Numbered from the stretch's first letter, positions 52,088-62,224 are shown. The stretch is 64,000 bases of DNA from Rickettsiales bacterium (GCA_031288835.1 JAITQO010000002.1:3598-67597), one strand, 5' to 3'. Numbers and translations are program-made. The notes: generated from the letters alone by a model not told the origin.

Positions 52088-53860
52088 TCACACTTCGCCG
52101 ATAAATCCGCCCGACTGCATTCTCCACATGCGCGAATATTTGCCGCCGCGTTTCTTCAGCAGGGCCGAGTGCGCGCCCTCTTCCGCGATTCTCCCGTTTT
52201 CTATCACGACAATCCTATCCATATGGCGCAGCGTGGACAGCCGGTGCGCTATGACAATCGTCGTGCGTCCGCGCGCCAGCTCCGCGAACGACTTTTGAAT
52301 CGCCCGCTCGGTCTCCGAATCCAGGGCGGACGTCGCCTCGTCCAAAATCAAAAGCGGCGCGTTTTTCAGAAACGCGCGCGCGATGGCCACGCGCTGTTTC
52401 TGCCCGCCCGACAATTTGATTCCGCGGTCGCCGACAATCGAACCATATTTCTTTTCCGCGGCCATGATGAATCCGTCCGCCTCGGCCATTTTGGCGGCGC
52501 GGCGGATTTCCCTATCCGTCGCGTCCGCCGCGCCATAGGCGATGTTTTCCCTCAAAGTTCTGTTGAACAGCGACGGCTCCTGCGGGATGAACGATATGTT
52601 CCTGCGCAAACTGTCCTGGGACACGCCGCGAATATCCTGGCCGTCTATGAAAATCGCCCCCCTCGTCGGGTCATAAAACCGCATCAAAAGATTCACCAGC
52701 GTCGTCTTGCCCGCGCCGGAACCGCCGACCAGGCCAATTTTTTCGCCCGGCCTGATTTTCAGCGAAAAATCGTCCAGCACCATTTTCCGGTTGTATCTGA
52801 ACGAAACGCCTCGGATGTCGAGCGCGCCCCGCGGCACGGATAATTCGGGCGCGGCCGGAGCATCGGCGACGCCAATCGGCAGAACCAGTTCGTGATACGC
52901 CTGCGACGCGCCGCCAATTATGTCGACCGTATCGGGTATGCTGTGGACAAGATGGCTGATTGACTGCATGACGCTCATATACGCGGAGATTGCGTAGACT
53001 ATTTCCGATATCCTTATATCGCCCGACTGATACAACAGGACGCATTCCAGCATCACCAGCCCGAACGCGGCGTCCCATACGAACATGGGGCACGCCCAAA
53101 AAAGGCGCTGCACGAACGACGAACGAATCTGGTTTTGAATATTACGCCGCCTGGCGCCGGCCAGATACTCTTTTTCGAATACCGAGGCCGCGAACAGTTT
53201 CACGATGGAATAATTCGCGGTGCTGTCCATCAGTTTCCCGGAAAGGGTGCTGCCAGATTCGCCCGCCGCCTTCGCCGCGCGGTTCATCGGCCCCACCATA
53301 ATCGCGCTGTAAATCAGGCGGAACGCGAACATGAACGCCAAAATATACGCGATTTTCGGATTGATGATTGCGAAAACCAGCGCCGTGCTGAGCAATATGG
53401 CCGCCGCGCTGCAAAAAATCTTCATAAAATTGAAAATTACCGCGAATCCGCCGGCGACCAGCCCGATTTGCGCGGCGATTTTTCCTGGCATGCTGCTGTT
53501 CCAGAACGACATGGATTGGGAATGGATATAGTCGTTCAAAACCTCGGACAACCTGTTTTGAATATTAGGGCGCCACCGCGCCATCAGAACGCTTTGAATT
53601 ATCTCGCAAACATCAATCGCCGCCCATATGGCGACGATTCCGAAAATCGTCGGCAGCGCGAACCGGACGAACGTAATTCCGGACGGGACATCGGTCTCGA
53701 ACAGGGAAACGAACCATTCCTGCATCAAAGGAGTCGCAATGTCGTGCGCAATCCCGGAGACGGTGAAAATCAGCGCCCACGCGCCCAGCATCAATGCATG
53801 CGGCCGCGCCGCATGCATTGCATAGAATCCAAACAAAGTCTTCGGAAATCGTCCGGCCAT
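52088..53860 (-). CDS. ABC exporter, fused permease/ATPase (MsbA-like)
   Basis: Six-TM N-terminal domain, Walker A GGSGAGKTT, signature LSGGQKQR and Walker B LLILDEATSALD. Confidence 0.93.
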   Translation of the reverse strand: MAGRFPKTLFGFYAMHAARPHALMLGAWALIFTVSGIAHDIATPLMQEWFVSLFETDVPSGITFVRFALPTIFGIVAIWAAIDVCEIIQSVLMARWRPNIQNRLSEVLNDYIHSQSMSFWNSSMPGKIAAQIGLVAGGFAVIFNFMKIFCSAAAILLSTALVFAIINPKIAYILAFMFAFRLIYSAIMVGPMNRAAKAAGESGSTLSGKLMDSTANYSIVKLFAASVFEKEYLAGARRRNIQNQIRSSFVQRLFWACPMFVWDAAFGLVMLECVLLYQSGDIRISEIVYAISAYMSVMQSISHLVHSIPDTVDIIGGASQAYHELVLPIGVADAPAAPELSVPRGALDIRGVSFRYNRKMVLDDFSLKIRPGEKIGLVGGSGAGKTTLVNLLMRFYDPTRGAIFIDGQDIRGVSQDSLRRNISFIPQEPSLFNRTLRENIAYGAADATDREIRRAAKMAEADGFIMAAEKKYGSIVGDRGIKLSGGQKQRVAIARAFLKNAPLLILDEATSALDSETERAIQKSFAELARGRTTIVIAHRLSTLRHMDRIVVIENGRIAEEGAHSALLKKRGGKYSRMWRMQSGGFIGEV

Positions 53861-53929
53861 GGCCGGACGATTATAGAGCCGTTCGCTTCCTTATTCAACT
53901 AATTTTTAATCCTGGGCGGCGCTCGGCGC

Positions 53930-54811
53930 TCAGGAGAACGCATACGAAGCCGCGGACAGCACGCTCCTGCGTATGGGGGACGCATTGCGGGCGCGCCTGT
54001 ATTCGTCCGGATTGTCGGCGAACAGCGATTCGGCCGTCATGCCCAGAAAGTTCGTCCTGCCGTAATCCGGATATTCGTCCCTGACGGCGGACATGAACTC
54101 CTGCGCGGACTCGCATGTCCGGGCCAGTTCTTTTATTCTGCGCAAATACCGTATCTTGTTTTTCAAGTCGGCGACATCCTCGGGCGCGTGATGGGACGAC
54201 AGAATCAGACTGTATCCTTCCTTCAGGATGCCAATCAATTTCTTCTCTTCCTTTTCGAGCGCCTTTACGCTTGTCATAAGCGAATGCTCGTCATGCCCCA
54301 GCATGTGGATGTATTTCGCATTCAGTTCCGGGATGGTGATGTCGAAGGCCTCTTCCGTCCTGTTTATATCGAATCTGATGCCCGCTATGAACACCAAATC
54401 GCGCGCCACGTAATCCGTTATGTCGACGATGGCGCCGTCGAATACGGACGGCCCGAAGATTTTCACGAACCCCTTGACCACCCCGAGTCCGTTACCGCAC
54501 CGATATGCCTCGGCGTTCAGGGTGCTGTATCTTTTCACTCCGCCCAGGAAATTGCCGCCGGCGATGTGATACGAGCTCAGGATTCCCTCGACTGTGATTC
54601 CGAGCGACGAAATGTATTTTTCCAGCTCGATTTGATTGTCATAAAAGCATGGCATCTCTACGACAACCCCGCGGCGCGCCTTTTCCAAAATAAGGACGAA
54701 ATGCCCCATCGGATTGTTCGTCCGATAGGCATGCAGACGCGTTCGCCCGAAATCGTAAACATTTACTTCGCCTTTGGCGAGTTTTACCATTCGGTAGTCA
54801 TTTTTTTTCAT
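53930..54811 (-). CDS. Hypothetical protein (possibly a degenerate metallo-beta-lactamase fold)
   Basis: Start trimmed to MKKNDYRMVK (GGGGTGAAAG RBS). The strand pattern and His-rich positions (SSYHIAGGNF, HMLGHDEH, SSHHAPED) hint at an MBL-like fold, but the HxHxDH motif is absent. Confidence 0.55.
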   Translation of the reverse strand: MKKNDYRMVKLAKGEVNVYDFGRTRLHAYRTNNPMGHFVLILEKARRGVVVEMPCFYDNQIELEKYISSLGITVEGILSSYHIAGGNFLGGVKRYSTLNAEAYRCGNGLGVVKGFVKIFGPSVFDGAIVDITDYVARDLVFIAGIRFDINRTEEAFDITIPELNAKYIHMLGHDEHSLMTSVKALEKEEKKLIGILKEGYSLILSSHHAPEDVADLKNKIRYLRRIKELARTCESAQEFMSAVRDEYPDYGRTNFLGMTAESLFADNPDEYRRARNASPIRRSVLSAASYAFS

Positions 54812-55143
54812 GGCTTTCACCCCTTTGGTTTGATGCCGCGCGCACGCCTGCTTGACATGCACCTAATAATATGCTAGGTCATATGATACGGTTGTAAAGT
54901 AGGCACCATATGTTATCATTACTAACTAATAGGTAATAATCGTGGCGCACGTCGAGGTTCAGGTGCAAAAAAAAATTCCAAAACCGGTTGAATCATCCGC
55001 CGATTCAGTCACAAATAAGCGAAAATCGGCAGCCGCCGGATACAATTTCCAAATATACCGATTCGGCTGGGGCGGGAGAAAAATCACGACGAACAGCGCG
55101 CGCGCGTTTTTCCGGCGATACGGCGGACTGTCTCCGGCGGCGG

Positions 55144-55764
55144 TTATTTGCTGTGGGCGACGCCCCACGCCGCAACGGACACTGACACTTTCGGGTCGGT
55201 CGACAGCTTGCTGAACATATGCTCGTTTCCATAGCGCATACCAATCGGGTCGTAAATGGCGTCGCGCGAGGTTCCTTCGAAGACATACCCCGCCTTCTGC
55301 GCGACGCGCTCGCTCGCGAGATTCGGCTTCTTTTTATCAAAGTAATGGCAGAACAGGCAGACGCGGTGAATGCCGATTGAGAAGAGGTATCTGCTCAGCG
55401 TTATGACGGCGTCCGTGGCATAGCCGTTGCGCTGCGCGTTCCCGTCCATAAAGTACCCGATGTTGCGGACGACCCTGTTGTCCCAGTCGAAATCGCGCGC
55501 ATAAACCTCGCCCACGTATTTTCCCCGCGCGATGATGTCATAATATGCGTCCTTTCCAGCCATCATCTTCGCCAGGCGTTTTTTGATGAACTGCAGACAG
55601 TCGTCCGCATTCTTGTTCGCCGACAGCGAAAACCGCCACGGATAGAAAAACTCGTTGCGCGATATAAGTTCGAACATCTCGGCCGCATGCTCCGGGACGG
55701 CGGCCGGCCTCGCCAGCTTCACCACGCCGCCGCTCAGCAGTCTCGGGAATTTCGTTTTTTCCAT
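55144..55764 (-). CDS. GNAT-family N-acetyltransferase (RimJ/RimL-like)
   Basis: GYFMDGNAQRNGYATDAVITLSRYLF...RVCLFCHYFDKKKPNLASERVAQKAGYVFEG. Start trimmed to MEKTKFPRL. Confidence 0.8.
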   Translation of the reverse strand: MEKTKFPRLLSGGVVKLARPAAVPEHAAEMFELISRNEFFYPWRFSLSANKNADDCLQFIKKRLAKMMAGKDAYYDIIARGKYVGEVYARDFDWDNRVVRNIGYFMDGNAQRNGYATDAVITLSRYLFSIGIHRVCLFCHYFDKKKPNLASERVAQKAGYVFEGTSRDAIYDPIGMRYGNEHMFSKLSTDPKVSVSVAAWGVAHSK

Positions 55765-56164
55765 AATTGAGAATCCTTTTCCAATAATCATACGCGCCGC
55801 ATGAGGAATGCGCAAATCAAAAAAACTAACGAAAAATCACCTTCCGCGATTTTCTACTTGAACCAATCCGCGGATACTTGCCGTAATGCCGGTCGAATCC
55901 AAAGGGATTCGGGTTCGGGACTGTTGTAATTCGGCGCCGCCATAACCTCATCATTCCATTGGCGCGCAGGGTATACCCACAGGTATTAATGTCATTTGAT
56001 TCAAATGGCAACCACAGCTTCGTAACCGTTATTCCAGAATAAAGGATGAAACATGAGAAGAAAAATCAGAAAACTTTTTGAACGTCCGTTGGCGAGAAAG
56101 GTGGAATAAAACATTTGATTTTATTATTAAACGAATGTAGTATTTACCAAAATGACTGAATGAA

Positions 56165-57100
56165 ATGAAAAAATTATACTTCCTATGGACAAAAATCAAA
56201 AAATTGCTGATGCGTATTTTGACCGCTTTGGCAAGAGACAACAAACAACGTAAAAAAATCCGCTGCTGGTTTTTCCCAGACAATGTGAATTACATTCCCA
56301 ATGACCTTCCGATGAAAAAATGTTCGCAGAAGATAAACGTTTCTTTCTGTTTTGACAATCAGATTGCAAAATATGCGGCCGTAACGATAACCTCGTTGCT
56401 GTCCGTATCAAAGGGAAAATGCGATTACGACATATTTTGCGTGGTTGGCAAAGACGTCACAAAGGAAAATAAAAATATTCTGAAAAACGTTGTGAAAGAC
56501 ACTGGTTCTAGATTGACGTTTTTCGATGCGAACGATGATTTCGATAAATCCGGAACCGACAATGGCAAGTGGCCAACCAGCATTTACTACCGTCTGATGT
56601 TAGTAAAATTTGTGCCAAATATAGACGAAATAATTTATGCGGATATCGATGTCGTCTTTTGTAATGATTTGATAGAGGCTTCCAGAATCGACCTGGCAAA
56701 CAATCTGCTTGCCGCCGTGAACGAGGCAAAATATTCTCAGATAAACTCCGGTTTTTTGATAATGAACCTGAAACAAATCAGAAAGGAAGGGTTGTATGAG
56801 AAATGGATTGCAATATCAAAAAAAGAAAATCTTGTGAATCCCGACCAGGCTCTACTGGATGAAACTTGCCGGGGCAGGATTTTGTTTCTTCCCGTCAAAT
56901 ACAACTATCATCCCGGCAGCATGTATTTGTTCGCGGGAACGCCGCGTATTTTCAGCAAAGAGTTTCAAGAATTAAAATATCATGCCGTGGTTTTGCATTA
57001 CGTGGGCGGCTTGAAGCCGTGGAAGGATGAAAAATGCCGGTTTTTGGATTCAGAAATATGGTGGCATTATGCCGAACAAATAGGCGGTTGGAATAAATAA
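56165..57100 (+). CDS. Family 8 glycosyltransferase (LPS/LOS glycosyltransferase-like)
   Basis: NVSFCFDNQIAKYAAVTITSLL, YYRLMLVKFVP, DxD IYADIDVVF and NSGFLIMNL. The start could instead be the internal MKKCSQKI. AT-rich gene. Confidence 0.83.
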   Translation: MKKLYFLWTKIKKLLMRILTALARDNKQRKKIRCWFFPDNVNYIPNDLPMKKCSQKINVSFCFDNQIAKYAAVTITSLLSVSKGKCDYDIFCVVGKDVTKENKNILKNVVKDTGSRLTFFDANDDFDKSGTDNGKWPTSIYYRLMLVKFVPNIDEIIYADIDVVFCNDLIEASRIDLANNLLAAVNEAKYSQINSGFLIMNLKQIRKEGLYEKWIAISKKENLVNPDQALLDETCRGRILFLPVKYNYHPGSMYLFAGTPRIFSKEFQELKYHAVVLHYVGGLKPWKDEKCRFLDSEIWWHYAEQIGGWNK

Positions 57101-57499
57101 AATCTCAAAAAACATTTAATTATAGAAAATGACGAAAACTCCAGTAAAACTGGGGTTTTATATTGGAGGAGAACAAAATGGCAAGTAATGACGGAACACT
57201 AGTTTTTGACACGAAGATATAACGGCGCCCATAGAAATGTTTAAAAAGCAAAACGCCGAAGTGATTGCAGAGGCGCGAGAGCAAGCATCATGGTGGGCAA
57301 GGAATTTTTCAAGCACCGAAACAATTCTGGAGGATTTTTTCAAAAAGCAAGAGAAAGGACCGCCTTCGCAGGGATAAATTTCGATGGGAATAGGGTCACC
57401 GTCTTTTCTAGAGAACGGATAACGAATAACAGAAAGCAGATAACAATGTGCAGGGAACAAACACACCTTTTTGCTTGCTTGCATATTCTGCTTTCACTT

Positions 57500-57595
57500 G
57501 AACAAAGTTTTTCTTTGCAGGATTGAAAGACCACATTCCCGCCTTCGCGGGAATGACAAGAAGAAAGTGCAGGAATGACAAACAACTTTGTTGTT
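57500..57595. repeat. Palindromic repeat element (copy of the 3731-3790 element plus an inverted flank)
   Basis: 57500-57559 matches 3731-3790 at 49 of 60 positions (hand alignment), including ATTCCCGCCTTCGCGGGAATGACAA. It is followed by GGAATGACAAACAACTTTGTT, the inverted complement of the left end AACAAAGTT. Confidence 0.7.
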
Positions 57596-57693
57596 TGTTT
57601 TAGTTTTTATTATGAACGCAATAAAACGATGTTCACTTCGTCACTGGTTTCTTATCACTTTACCGTCCCTTGTCTTTCTTTCCGGCGCCCTTC

Positions 57694-60600
57694 TTACAAT
57701 TCCGCTTCATCCAACTGCCAGTCATGCAGCCACAGGATATGGGCGCGGATTGATTTCGACGGGTATATCCTGGACAACAGCGCCGCGTATTTTTTCAATT
57801 TTTCGACATATTCGTCCCGACGCGCGCGCGTCGAATCGGTTTTATAGTCAAGAAATTCGACGGAATCGTCTGTTTCAATCATCCGGTCGACGCGGAACGA
57901 ACAGAACCGTCCGCCGATTGTTCCGGCAATCGGAACCTCCGCGCGCCCCCCGGCCTCCCAAAATTTTGAAAGCGCTGGGTTTTGCCTTATTCTTTCCGCC
58001 AGTTCGCCATCGTCGCCCAATGACAAAAATTGCAATTTTTTATGAACATCCGTTCCGTATCTTACTCCGTATTTTTGGGAAAAATTGCCAATAATATCCG
58101 AAATCGGCGTTTTTACAATGTTTTTGGAGAAATCTAGTTCTTTCAATTGATTACCTGGAAGAATTAAAGGCGCGGGCTCGGCCTTTTCTGCGATTTTTTC
58201 GGCTGGTTTTGACGGATTCGTCTGCGGATTGGAAACAGCGATTGTCCCGTCGTCCAACACCCGCGCGCCGGGCATACCCTTTATGATTTCGTATAATTTT
58301 GAATGCCAGTTCTCATTTCGCGTCCCATCGTCGCACCCGAAGACATACAGGCGGTCTCGCGCCCGTGTAAGCGCGACATAAAACAGGCGCCAGTATTCCG
58401 AAACGCGCCCGCCGAGCTCGATTTCCTTCGCCGTTTTGTATTTCTCGCTGTCGACGTCCCCGGCCTTGCACAAAAACACGCCGTCCTCCGGATTCAAGAC
58501 CGAGAAGGGCATTTGCTTCGTCCGGCTTTTCGGATTGCGCGTCGTATCGATTAAAAACACGACGGGCGCCTCCAGTCCCTTCGACGAATGCGCGGTCAAA
58601 ATCCTGACCCCGGCGTCCCTTTCCATATCGCGGCGGACTTCGTTTTCGCCGTCCAGGAACCAGCGCAGAAATCCGGCCAATCCGCCGGCTCTCGTGCGCT
58701 CGTATGACAGGCTGAGCGTCATGAATTCGTCCAGCGGCTGAATCGCGGGACTGCCGAACGCCGCGATGAAATCCCGGCGGTATCTGCCCATGATTTCGGA
58801 AAAGAAACTATACGGAGGAAGATTCGCAAGCGACGCGATTTTCGACAATTCGTCATACGTGTCCCGATTCTTTTCGCCCAGCGTCGCGAACAGCGACCGC
58901 TCGCGGTTTCTGTCCGCGCATAAATCGTAAAGCTCCTTTTCCGTCCACCTGCAGACCGGCCCGCGCAGCACGAATGCCAGCGACGCGTCGTTTTCCCTGT
59001 CATCCGGGCGCAAAACGAAGCGAATCAGGTTCAGCAAATCGCGAATCGCCGGAAAAGCCGGCAGAATTATCCTATCGCTTCCCGCCGTCTGTATGCCTTT
59101 CCTTCTCAATTCGCGCACCAGCATCGGAACGAACGGCTCGCGCCGCTGAACCAAGACCATTATGTCCGACTGCGGAATATTCTCATTCCTTATCAAGGAT
59201 TCGATTTTATCGGCAATCGTTCCGACGTATTTTTTCCGCGCGGCCGCCAGCTCTTCGTCTCCGTTTTTGGAAAAAACCTGATGCATTTCGACCAGTCCGG
59301 CGTCCCCTTTGCGCCAGCATTTGTGCCCCACCTTCTCCGGGAAGCCGGGAAGGGCGGCGGCGTTGAAGAAATAATCGACAACATCAAGGATTGCCTGTGT
59401 CGCGCGGCGCGACTCCAACAGCGGAACGGTTTCGTATTGCCGCTTTCCGCCGCCGGCGATTCCCCTGATTTTTTCGGGAACCGACGCGAAATCGGACGGG
59501 CTGGCGCCCTGGAATGAAAAAATCGACTGCTTTATGTCTCCGACTATGAACAGCGAATGCGGATTCGCCTTTTCTCCGTTCACGAAAAAGTCGTCCAGCA
59601 TCGAAAAAATGATTTGCCACATGACGGGGGAGTTATCCTGCGACTCGTCGACCAGAATATGCTTTATATTCATGTCCAGCCGCGATAAAACATAGCCCAT
59701 GGTTTTCGGATTCGAGAACAAAATCATCGTCTTGTGCAAAATATCGTCGAAATCCAGCAACCCCCTTTGATTCTTCAGTCCGATATATTTGTCCGCGAAG
59801 GCGCCGCATAATGTCAGGAAATCGGCGGAAAGCCGCATTATCTCCGCGTTTCTCGCATATTGGTCGTATTCGTATACTTCGTTTGCGACCTTTTGCAATT
59901 CCGGCGGCAATTTTTTGCGAATATCGCCCGTTTTGGTCAAAATCAACCCGAAATCGCCATCAAAATCCGGCTTCATGGGCGGTTTGCCTATTGACAGAAA
60001 GTCTTTTGTTTTCTCAATTATATAATCGGGAAAGTTGATTTTCTGCTTCAATAAAATTATATGCCTGTATTGCTCCAGAATCGAATCCAGGAGCGCGTCC
60101 AGCGAATATTCGGACGTCAGCCCCAAAACATGTCCGAACGCCTTCTCTTCGTCCTGCCCCGCCCGATTCAACATCTCGGAAAACGACTCTTTCAGCAGCC
60201 GTTTTTGTTCCGCGCCGGAAACAAGGCGCCATGCCGGCGGCACCTCGGCTTCCACCGGAAACCTGCGCAGAATGTCTTCGCAAAAACTGTGAATCGTCTG
60301 GATTTTCAAAAGGTGCGGATTGTCTATGAAATCGTAGAAAATCCCGCGCGCCGACCGAAGGTCGGCGTCGGACGGCGGGTTGTTGTGCGCGATGCCTGAC
60401 AAAAGCCCGCGCAGTTCCGCGTCGTCCGCCACCGCCCATTCCGAAACCGCGCCCAGCACGCGGTTCCGCATTTCCGACGCGCCGGCATTCGTATAGGTAA
60501 GGCATAATATGCCGGGCGGGGCGTCCGATTTCCCGGCGTTGCCGGCGCCTTCCGTTTTTTCCTGAAACTCGCGAAAAAGTATCCGAAGCAGCCTTTGAAC

Positions 60601-60705
60601 CAGAACGAATGTCTTTCCGGTGCCCGCGTTCGCCTGAACCACGACGTTGCTCGTCGGCTCGCTTGCCTGCGACTGTTCGGGCGAAAGCATGATTTTTTTT
60701 GCCAT
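57694..60705 (-). CDS. addA: AddA-type UvrD-family helicase with C-terminal PD-(D/E)xK nuclease
   Basis: Walker A QANAGTGKTFVL, helicase motifs (HILVDESQDNSP, SRRAT) and the C-terminal nuclease FRVDRMIETDDSVEFLDYKTD. Start trimmed to MAKKIMLSPEQ at 60705. Confidence 0.87.
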   Translation of the reverse strand: MAKKIMLSPEQSQASEPTSNVVVQANAGTGKTFVLVQRLLRILFREFQEKTEGAGNAGKSDAPPGILCLTYTNAGASEMRNRVLGAVSEWAVADDAELRGLLSGIAHNNPPSDADLRSARGIFYDFIDNPHLLKIQTIHSFCEDILRRFPVEAEVPPAWRLVSGAEQKRLLKESFSEMLNRAGQDEEKAFGHVLGLTSEYSLDALLDSILEQYRHIILLKQKINFPDYIIEKTKDFLSIGKPPMKPDFDGDFGLILTKTGDIRKKLPPELQKVANEVYEYDQYARNAEIMRLSADFLTLCGAFADKYIGLKNQRGLLDFDDILHKTMILFSNPKTMGYVLSRLDMNIKHILVDESQDNSPVMWQIIFSMLDDFFVNGEKANPHSLFIVGDIKQSIFSFQGASPSDFASVPEKIRGIAGGGKRQYETVPLLESRRATQAILDVVDYFFNAAALPGFPEKVGHKCWRKGDAGLVEMHQVFSKNGDEELAAARKKYVGTIADKIESLIRNENIPQSDIMVLVQRREPFVPMLVRELRRKGIQTAGSDRIILPAFPAIRDLLNLIRFVLRPDDRENDASLAFVLRGPVCRWTEKELYDLCADRNRERSLFATLGEKNRDTYDELSKIASLANLPPYSFFSEIMGRYRRDFIAAFGSPAIQPLDEFMTLSLSYERTRAGGLAGFLRWFLDGENEVRRDMERDAGVRILTAHSSKGLEAPVVFLIDTTRNPKSRTKQMPFSVLNPEDGVFLCKAGDVDSEKYKTAKEIELGGRVSEYWRLFYVALTRARDRLYVFGCDDGTRNENWHSKLYEIIKGMPGARVLDDGTIAVSNPQTNPSKPAEKIAEKAEPAPLILPGNQLKELDFSKNIVKTPISDIIGNFSQKYGVRYGTDVHKKLQFLSLGDDGELAERIRQNPALSKFWEAGGRAEVPIAGTIGGRFCSFRVDRMIETDDSVEFLDYKTDSTRARRDEYVEKLKKYAALLSRIYPSKSIRAHILWLHDWQLDEAEL

Positions 60706-60810
60706 GCGAAAAATTATAGCATGGAAAAAACGCTTCGCAAACGCAAAGGAGAAATAGGGACTGGGAAGAGACAAGGGAAAAGGGATGAGGGACAAGGGGA
60801 TAAGTTTGCA

Positions 60811-61220
60811 TCATTCCGTTGCGGCGCCGGAGGGCGCGAACATCCTCTCCCCGTCATTCCGGAGTCGCGCCGGAGGGCGCGAACTCCGGAATCCAGGTAA
60901 ATAAGACCGCGCGCTTTGCGCGCGACAATATTATTTTACCTCGCTCCCGTTGTCGCCGCTGTTCAGCGGCGCAACGGAATGACGAGATGCGTTGTTCATG
61001 TGCCCTGCGGCGACAACGGAATGGCGGGGATTTGTTGCGACGCCTTTCTCTTTATAATTTCGCTATCTTTCATACTTGTCGTTCCCGCGCAGGCCAGGGC
61101 GGGAACGACAAGTCCATTGGGTTTGTTTTTATTGCCCGATTCCCGGCGTTCCCGCCTTTCGGCGCGATTCCGGAATGACGAATCACGGGGCGCGAACGCA
61201 CTCGCGAACCGCGCCCCGCG
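60811..61220. repeat. Dense cluster of GC-rich palindromic units filling a 420-bp intergenic region
   Basis: Units include TCATTCCGTTGCGGCGCC, CGTCATTCCGGAGTCGCGCCGGAGGGCGCGAACTCCGGAATCC (nested perfect hairpin), GCGCAACGGAATGACG, GTCGTTCCCGCGCAGGCCAGGGCGGGAACGAC and CGGGGCGCGAACGCACTCGCGAACCGCGCCCCG. Confidence 0.75.
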
Positions 61221-61222
61221 AA

Positions 61223-62206
61223 TCACATGCTGCAGGTCATTGTGTATTGTCCGACAGTATCATCACCGGTTGTTGTCCCGGTGCATTGAGTATACCCCGG
61301 CGGGCAGATGTCGTCCGCGGGAATCGACACATCGCCGCAGGGTTCTATGTGCGGGACGCAAACCGCGGCGCGGACGCCGGGGTCATCGCCGACGCCGCCC
61401 GCACAGTTGGACGCGCAGAACGACACGCAATCCTGGATGAATCCGCCTCCGAACAGGAACACCCACGCGCCGGACGCCGCGTTGTTCACTATCTGGCACC
61501 AGCAATTCACCCCCCCGCCCGTCACGGGGTTTCCTATCTCTCCCAACGAATTGCCGTCTGTGGAGGAGCATCGCGACCTGCCGGATATAGTTATCAACGC
61601 CCCGCCGTCGCCCCACGGGCCGTCCATCATCCAGGTGCTTTCCTGACCACTTCCATCCCCATAGATATAACCGTTATCGTCTTTGTTGCTTGACATATTC
61701 CCGACTATCGGGCATACGAAAACAGGCGGCGGGACACATATCGCGTTACGAAATCCGGAATCGGTCTGGACGAAGGACTTGCAGCTGTCCGCGCAATTAT
61801 TCGCGCAATTTGACGAACCTACCTCGTTTCCCAGAAACACCCACGCTCCGGCATAGGAACCGTTTATCATCTGGCACCAGCAATTTTCGCCCCCTCCCGG
61901 CGCCGGATTTCCTATTTCTCCATACGAATATTCCCGCGTATCCGAAGAACATCTCGAGTTTCCGGACACCGTTATCGACGCTCCGCCGGCGCCCCACGGG
62001 CCGCTCACCTCCCAAGCGCCTTCGTCGCCCGCTCCGCCGCCATAACTATAACCGTCCCCGTCGCTGGACATATTTTCGATTATCGGGCAGTCAAAGCCCG
62101 GCTTGCACAATACCACCGCATGCGAATCGTTTGCCGTTATCGCCAGGAAAGCCAGCGCTATCGCGATTGTTCCGCATATCGAAGCGCGCGTTCTGATTGT
62201 TTTCAT
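61223..62206 (-). CDS. Secreted cysteine-rich protein with two tandem ~125-aa repeats (CWCQ domain)
   Basis: Signal peptide MKTIRTRASICGTIAIALAFLAITANDSHA (the ATG at 62204-62206 is preferred to the GTG one codon upstream). The repeats are CPIIENMSSDGDGYSYGGGAGDEGAWEVSGPWGAGGASITVSGNSRCSS...NCWCQMINGSYAGAWVFL...C..C and CPIVGNMSSNKDDNGYIYGDGSGQESTWMMDGPWGDGGALITISGRSRCSS...NCWCQIVNNAASGAWVFL. Confidence 0.75.
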   Translation of the reverse strand: MKTIRTRASICGTIAIALAFLAITANDSHAVVLCKPGFDCPIIENMSSDGDGYSYGGGAGDEGAWEVSGPWGAGGASITVSGNSRCSSDTREYSYGEIGNPAPGGGENCWCQMINGSYAGAWVFLGNEVGSSNCANNCADSCKSFVQTDSGFRNAICVPPPVFVCPIVGNMSSNKDDNGYIYGDGSGQESTWMMDGPWGDGGALITISGRSRCSSTDGNSLGEIGNPVTGGGVNCWCQIVNNAASGAWVFLFGGGFIQDCVSFCASNCAGGVGDDPGVRAAVCVPHIEPCGDVSIPADDICPPGYTQCTGTTTGDDTVGQYTMTCSM

Positions 62207-62224
62207 CACCCTCTCTTTTCGTTA

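Noticed and set aside
57178-57380. Short ORFs with a strong GGAGGAG RBS (MASNDGTLVFDTKI*, then out of frame ..DITAPIEMFKKQNAEVIAEAREQASWWARNF..). These are reminiscent of the N-terminus of a phage tape-measure or tail protein.
   Set aside because: Only about 14 plus 50 codons remain, broken by a frame change. The resemblance is an impression I cannot support without a search. At most this is a tiny phage-gene relic.
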